Virus record (IMG/VR): IMGVR_UViG_3300049004_000093
Coordinates: 1 to 48,519 of that record
DNA: 48,519 nt
Direction: 5' to 3' (one strand)
Origin: a virus
Taxonomy: Duplodnaviria > Caudoviricetes
A program made the translations under genes and the position numbers. Position 1 is the first letter of the stretch, and each line of letters starts with the position of its first letter. Below are positions 45,119-48,519 of this stretch, one piece after another. Below the pieces are notes generated by a model. It saw nothing but the letters and a program-made list of their open reading frames with translations. It ran no database searches and was not told the origin of the DNA.

Positions 45119-45831
45119 GCCGGCCGCTCCGCGGCCAGGGCGTCGATGAAGGCGAGGGCCGCGTCCTCCCACTCGGTCGGGATGTACAGGCCCTCGGGCG
45201 AGTCGGCCGTCTCCTTCTCGTGCTGGTCGAGCAGGGCATCGAGAAACGCCACCGCCACCGCCACCGCCACCGCCGCCGCCGCCACCGCCACCGCCACCGC
45301 CACCGCCACCGCCACCGCCGCCGTCGTCGCCGCCGTCGCCGCCGCCACCGCCGCCACCGCCGCCGTCGCCGCCACCGTCGCCGCCACCGTCGCCGCCACC
45401 GCCCCGCGAGCTGTCCGCAGCTCGCTGATCGTGGCCTCACCGCGCAGGTAACGCTCGGTGACGTCGTTGCAGGCGGCGACTCGGGGATCGTCGGTGTAGC
45501 GCTCGGCGTAGCGGGCGGACCACAGGGCCAGGCGCCGCTTGGCGTCGACGTCGAGGGGGCGGGCGCGGATGATGCGGGGCAGGAAGTGGGCCACGAGCCG
45601 GCGGGCCGCTGCGTCGCGCTCGGGACCGGCGGGGGTGGCGTCGAGGGTGCGGTCCCAGACGACCTGGGCGGCCCGAGCCACGACGGTGTCGGTGCAGGCC
45701 GGCAGGGCGTTGATGCCAAGCTCGCCGGTGGCCACTCCGGCCAGCTCGGTGATGCACACCCCCTGGACGGCGCCGGGGGGGGCGAGCTTGTGGCCGCCGG
45801 GGGCCAGGCGGATGCGGTCGACGGGAATCAT
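45115..45831 (-). CDS. Hypothetical protein with an Ala/Val/Thr low-complexity tract
   Basis: ATG at 45831; trinucleotide-like repeat at 45247-45403. Confidence 0.6.
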   Translation of the reverse strand: MIPVDRIRLAPGGHKLAPPGAVQGVCITELAGVATGELGINALPACTDTVVARAAQVVWDRTLDATPAGPERDAAARRLVAHFLPRIIRARPLDVDAKRRLALWSARYAERYTDDPRVAACNDVTERYLRGEATISELRTARGAVAATVAATVAATAAVAAVAAATAATTAAVAVAVAVAVAVAAAAVAVAVAVAFLDALLDQHEKETADSPEGLYIPTEWEDAALAFIDALAAERPA

Positions 45832-46175
45832 GGGGTCCTCCGTGTGGTCACGACGTCGTCTCTCGCCGGATCGGGCTCGTCGTAGGCCAACGTGGCGAAG
45901 GCCACGTAGCGGCCGGGATGGGACGCGAGGAACTCGATGGCGCCCAGCTGGCCGGCCACGCAGGTGGCGCAGACGTGTGGCATGTCCCAGGCCCGCACCT
46001 CGTCCGGGTCGTCGGTCACCGTCCAGAGCTGGTAGGCGATGCGGGTGCCCGGAGCGGCGCGATGACGGATCGAGTGCTGGGCCGCGCATTCGAGGTCGGC
46101 CAGCAGCGGGCGGAGGTTGCGGCGGGGGTCGAACGTCTCGGGGACGACGGCGACCATGGTGTCGATGGTCCTCAC
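45828..46175 (-). CDS. Hypothetical protein
   Basis: GTG at 46175, coupled. Confidence 0.5.
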   Translation of the reverse strand: MRTIDTMVAVVPETFDPRRNLRPLLADLECAAQHSIRHRAAPGTRIAYQLWTVTDDPDEVRAWDMPHVCATCVAGQLGAIEFLASHPGRYVAFATLAYDEPDPARDDVVTTRRTP

Positions 46176-46345
46176 CCGGCCTCCCCGCGCATCTCGCCGG
46201 CCCACAGGAGCAGGACCGCCACGACCTCGCCGACGTTGTGATGGCGGCGGTAGGCGTGGACGGCGATGAGGACCGCAGTGGTGGCGTAGAGGGCGCCGGC
46301 CCCCAGGGTGAGGATGGCCAGGAGGGGGAGGTCGGCGAGCTTCAC
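46172..46345 (-). CDS. Small membrane protein
   Basis: MKLADLPLLAILTLGAG...; the GTG lies inside the duplicated cro 3' end. Confidence 0.45.
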   Translation of the reverse strand: MKLADLPLLAILTLGAGALYATTAVLIAVHAYRRHHNVGEVVAVLLLWAGEMRGEAG

Positions 46346-46609
46346 GCGGTGGCCGCCTTGGGCTGGTCGTCGGTAGAGTCAGCACCCATCCGAGAAGCGA
46401 GAGAGAGCGCATGGGCTTCTTCCGCAAGGTCACGTCGGTGAGCACCGGGGGCCTGGTCGACTTCCGCTCCGACAAGGAGCGCACCGCCCGCAAGACGGCC
46501 AAGGGCGCGAGGGCTGCGAAGAAGCTGAACAAGCTCATCGCCGAGCAGAACCGGCTGCTGCGGGGAAAGTAGGAGAGTCACGCGGTGGCCGCCTTGGGCT
46601 GGTCGTCGG
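46342..46609. repeat. 32-bp perfect direct repeat (46342-46373 and 46578-46609)
   Basis: TCACGCGGTGGCCGCCTTGGGCTGGTCGTCGG occurs twice and equals the 3' end of cro. Confidence 0.9.
46411..46572 (+). CDS. Small basic protein (53 aa) in antisense orientation
   Basis: MGFFRKVTSVSTGGLVDFRSDKERTARK...RGK*, with strong high-GC codon usage. Not in the ORF track. Confidence 0.7.
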   Translation: MGFFRKVTSVSTGGLVDFRSDKERTARKTAKGARAAKKLNKLIAEQNRLLRGK

Positions 46610-46793
46610 GGTCCAAGTCACGCACCCAACGCCGGAGCGTTTCGCGGGAGAGGTCGACGCCGCGCGCAGCAAACGCCTGCACCATCTCGTCGTAGGTGGC
46701 GCCCTCGTCCCGGAGGCTTCGGAGTATGGAGCGCAGTTCGCCACCCAGAGCCAAGTTCACCAGGTCGAAGCGAGATCGGTTCCCTCTCGTCAC
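46578..46793 (-). CDS. Cro-like HTH protein
   Basis: GVDLSRETLRRW; divergent from the repressor; probable leaderless GTG at 46793. Confidence 0.7.
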   Translation of the reverse strand: MTRGNRSRFDLVNLALGGELRSILRSLRDEGATYDEMVQAFAARGVDLSRETLRRWVRDLDPDDQPKAATA

Positions 46794-46796
46794 GAT

Positions 46797-46865
46797 GGGA
46801 CACATTACGTGTCCCGGTGTGGGTTGTCAACGGGTCATGCCGTGTGCCTAAATGTGTGGCACACG
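46797..46865. promoter_or_regulatory. Genetic switch: early promoter (TTGACA-N17-TAATGT, minus strand) and operator-like inverted repeats
   Basis: -35 at 46825-46830 and -10 at 46802-46807. GGGACAC-N5-GTGTCCC at 46797-46815; CGTGTGCC-N9-GGCACACG at 46841-46865. Confidence 0.7.
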
Positions 46866-46897
46866 TAGTGCGGAGCCGGCGGATACCAGGAGGCCAG

Positions 46898-47227
46898 GTG
46901 AGCGAGACGATTCACGAGACGCTGCGGCGGTGGCGAGGTCCCATGAAGCTTGACCGCGCCGCGGTCTACGTCAGCGATCTGCTCGGCCGCGAGGTGAGCC
47001 GTGAGACGATTCGGCGCTACGAAGTCGCGGGCGAGGCGCCCAAGACCTTGGACCCGGTTCTGCTGGCTGGGCTCGCCCGCGTGTACGACCACGACCCCTC
47101 GGAGTTGCCCCCCGCGGTCGTGAGAGATCTGCGCAAGCTGGCGTCCGTCGTCGCCCTCAAGTCGCTGGCGTCGGCCTCGGGTACGATCCGAGCTAGGGGC
47201 CGATTGCTCAGTTCAGCCGCCGCCTAA
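46898..47227 (+). CDS. Immunity repressor (XRE-like HTH)
   Basis: AGGAGG SD and GTG at 46898; VSRETIRRYE...LA.LA.VY; upstream of the integrase. Confidence 0.7.
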   Translation: MSETIHETLRRWRGPMKLDRAAVYVSDLLGREVSRETIRRYEVAGEAPKTLDPVLLAGLARVYDHDPSELPPAVVRDLRKLASVVALKSLASASGTIRARGRLLSSAAA

Positions 47228-47254
47228 TTCTGATTCGCGGCAGCATGTGGGCGC

Positions 47255-48091
47255 ATGGCGGCGGCGGGGCTGGGGCGCCCGGAGCTGGAGCTGGAGCTGC
47301 GGGCGCGGGGTCTAGCGCCTCGAACCGCCACGCTCTACGCCCGCACCGTTGACGCCGCTCAGCAGTGGTGCGCACAGGAGGGATTGGACCTGGCGACCAT
47401 CCCGGCGGCGCGCCTGATCGAGTATGCCGACACCAAGCCCCTGACCCATGCCAGCCGGCTGGCACTGCGCTGTTCGCTGCGCTGTTTCTGGGAGCTGGTC
47501 GAGCGCGACCGGCCACCGCTGCGGGCCATCCGCGTGCCTCCCGAACCCGAGCCGATATGCAAGGCCCTCGAGGACGATGACGCGCGCCTGCTGGCCAAGA
47601 CGGCGCGGGGCCGGCGCGACCGCGCCGGGCTAGCCGTGGTGCTCGGCCTCTACACGGGCATGCGGCGCGAGGAGATCGCCAGCTCGCGATGGGACTGGCT
47701 GAGGCCGCCGGACTCCCGCTTCCCCGGCGGCCTGCTGCTGGTCACCGGCAAGGGCGACAAGCAACGACGCATCCCGCTCCATCGCGCCGTCGTCATCGCG
47801 ATGGGCACCATCGAGCGCAGCGCCCCCTTCATGTTCCCAGGCCGCTTTGGTGGCCACGTGTCGGTGGCCACGATCTGGGCCTGGGTGCGACTGGTGTCCG
47901 AGGAGGCCGGTACCCCGGTGGTCCCGCCCCACGTGCTGCGCCACACCGCGCTGGCCCACGCCAACGACGCCACCGGCGACCTCCGCGCCGTCCAGTCCCT
48001 CGCCGGGCACGCCAAGCCCGAGACCACCAGTCGCTACACCCGGGCCTCACCGCGCCGCCTCCGGGCAGCGGTGGAGTCCCTGGACTACTGA
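47255..48091 (+). CDS. Tyrosine integrase (Xer-like, no arm-binding domain)
   Basis: Catalytic motifs GMRREE, GKG.K.R.IP, PHVLRH, LAGH and TT.RY. Confidence 0.92.
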   Translation: MAAAGLGRPELELELRARGLAPRTATLYARTVDAAQQWCAQEGLDLATIPAARLIEYADTKPLTHASRLALRCSLRCFWELVERDRPPLRAIRVPPEPEPICKALEDDDARLLAKTARGRRDRAGLAVVLGLYTGMRREEIASSRWDWLRPPDSRFPGGLLLVTGKGDKQRRIPLHRAVVIAMGTIERSAPFMFPGRFGGHVSVATIWAWVRLVSEEAGTPVVPPHVLRHTALAHANDATGDLRAVQSLAGHAKPETTSRYTRASPRRLRAAVESLDY

Positions 48092-48116
48092 AAGCTGTGG
48101 AAAAGGCCCGACCGGA

Positions 48117-48166
48117 GCGGCCCATAATAACGGTTATGTGCTCTTGTAATTACGCCTATGTGCCCT
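48117..48166. other. dif-like recombination site(s), candidate att
   Basis: GCGGCCCATAA-TAACGG-TTATGTGCTCT (11-6-11), followed by a degenerate copy TGTAA-TTACGC-CTATGTGCCCT. Confidence 0.5.
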
Positions 48167-48227
48167 CCACGAACGGGTGTACGTGCTAAATGCGAGCCGC
48201 GGGAGACCCGATCTACGCTCGGCCGCG

Positions 48228-48485
48228 ATGCCGTACGACCAATTCGCCCCGTGCGATGTGGAGGGCTGTGACGGGCGCCGGGCGAAGAGGAGGCGCTGGT
48301 GCGCCGAGCATGCGGCGTGGGTGGATGCGGCCAAGGAGCGGAACCGATGCACAGGCTCGGCGCGCACTGGCGACGGAATCCAGCGGTGCTTCTTGTCGAC
48401 GGGTCACCCGGAACCGTGCCGCCCTCAGCGCGACGTCATGCGCGAGGCGATGGGGGGCCGAACCTACCGCCGGCCGGATTCCTGA
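48228..48485 (+). CDS. Small Cys/His-rich hypothetical protein
   Basis: C.VEGC...WC.EH...C...C....GH..PC pattern. Confidence 0.45.
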   Translation: MPYDQFAPCDVEGCDGRRAKRRRWCAEHAAWVDAAKERNRCTGSARTGDGIQRCFLSTGHPEPCRPQRDVMREAMGGRTYRRPDS

Positions 48486-48519
48486 GGCTGGGGTAGCGTC
48501 GCGCCAACCGGATGGAGAG

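Noticed and set aside
45115-45831. Diversity-generating retroelement target
   Set aside because: No reverse transcriptase and no template/variable repeat pair were seen in the window.
48208-48218. CCGATCTACGC shared with 31175-31185 as an att pair
   Set aside because: An 11-bp match with no further similarity or supporting gene boundary could be chance.

Overview
This is most of a high-GC actinobacterial temperate siphophage (prophage or free genome), read almost entirely on the minus strand. Host assignment is inferred from WhiB proteins, leaderless genes and TANNNT promoters. From right to left it has a tyrosine integrase and repressor/cro switch (46.5-48.2 kb), an early and replication region (31.2-46.3 kb) and an accessory block (24-31.2 kb). 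The early region includes a GIY-YIG nuclease, a replication initiator, a HerA-like ATPase, an Rpf-like lipoprotein, a WhiB-SF2 helicase fusion and a stand-alone WhiB. The accessory block holds a Ro60/TROVE gene with two Y-RNA-type elements, a serine recombinase, AlpA-like regulators and a divergent + strand operon. Then come terminase, portal, MuF, a 2H-phosphoesterase/protease fusion, scaffold, capsid, extra virion genes, head-tail and tail genes, and a tape measure gene that runs off the left edge. Main observations: (1) a tRNA-mimic YrlA plus a second minimal Y-like hairpin that sequesters the ribosome-binding site of the Ro gene; (2) a clean 97-bp intragenic inversion that switches off the HerA-like ATPase and restores a 569-aa ORF when flipped; (3) a WhiB-helicase-HA repeat fusion; (4) a four-copy late promoter (CACCTCCC-N22-[T/G]ACCNT) and a duplicated structured leader RNA. 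All family assignments come from motifs recognised by eye, with no database searches. Three single-base indels in homopolymer runs suggest sequencing error or early decay.
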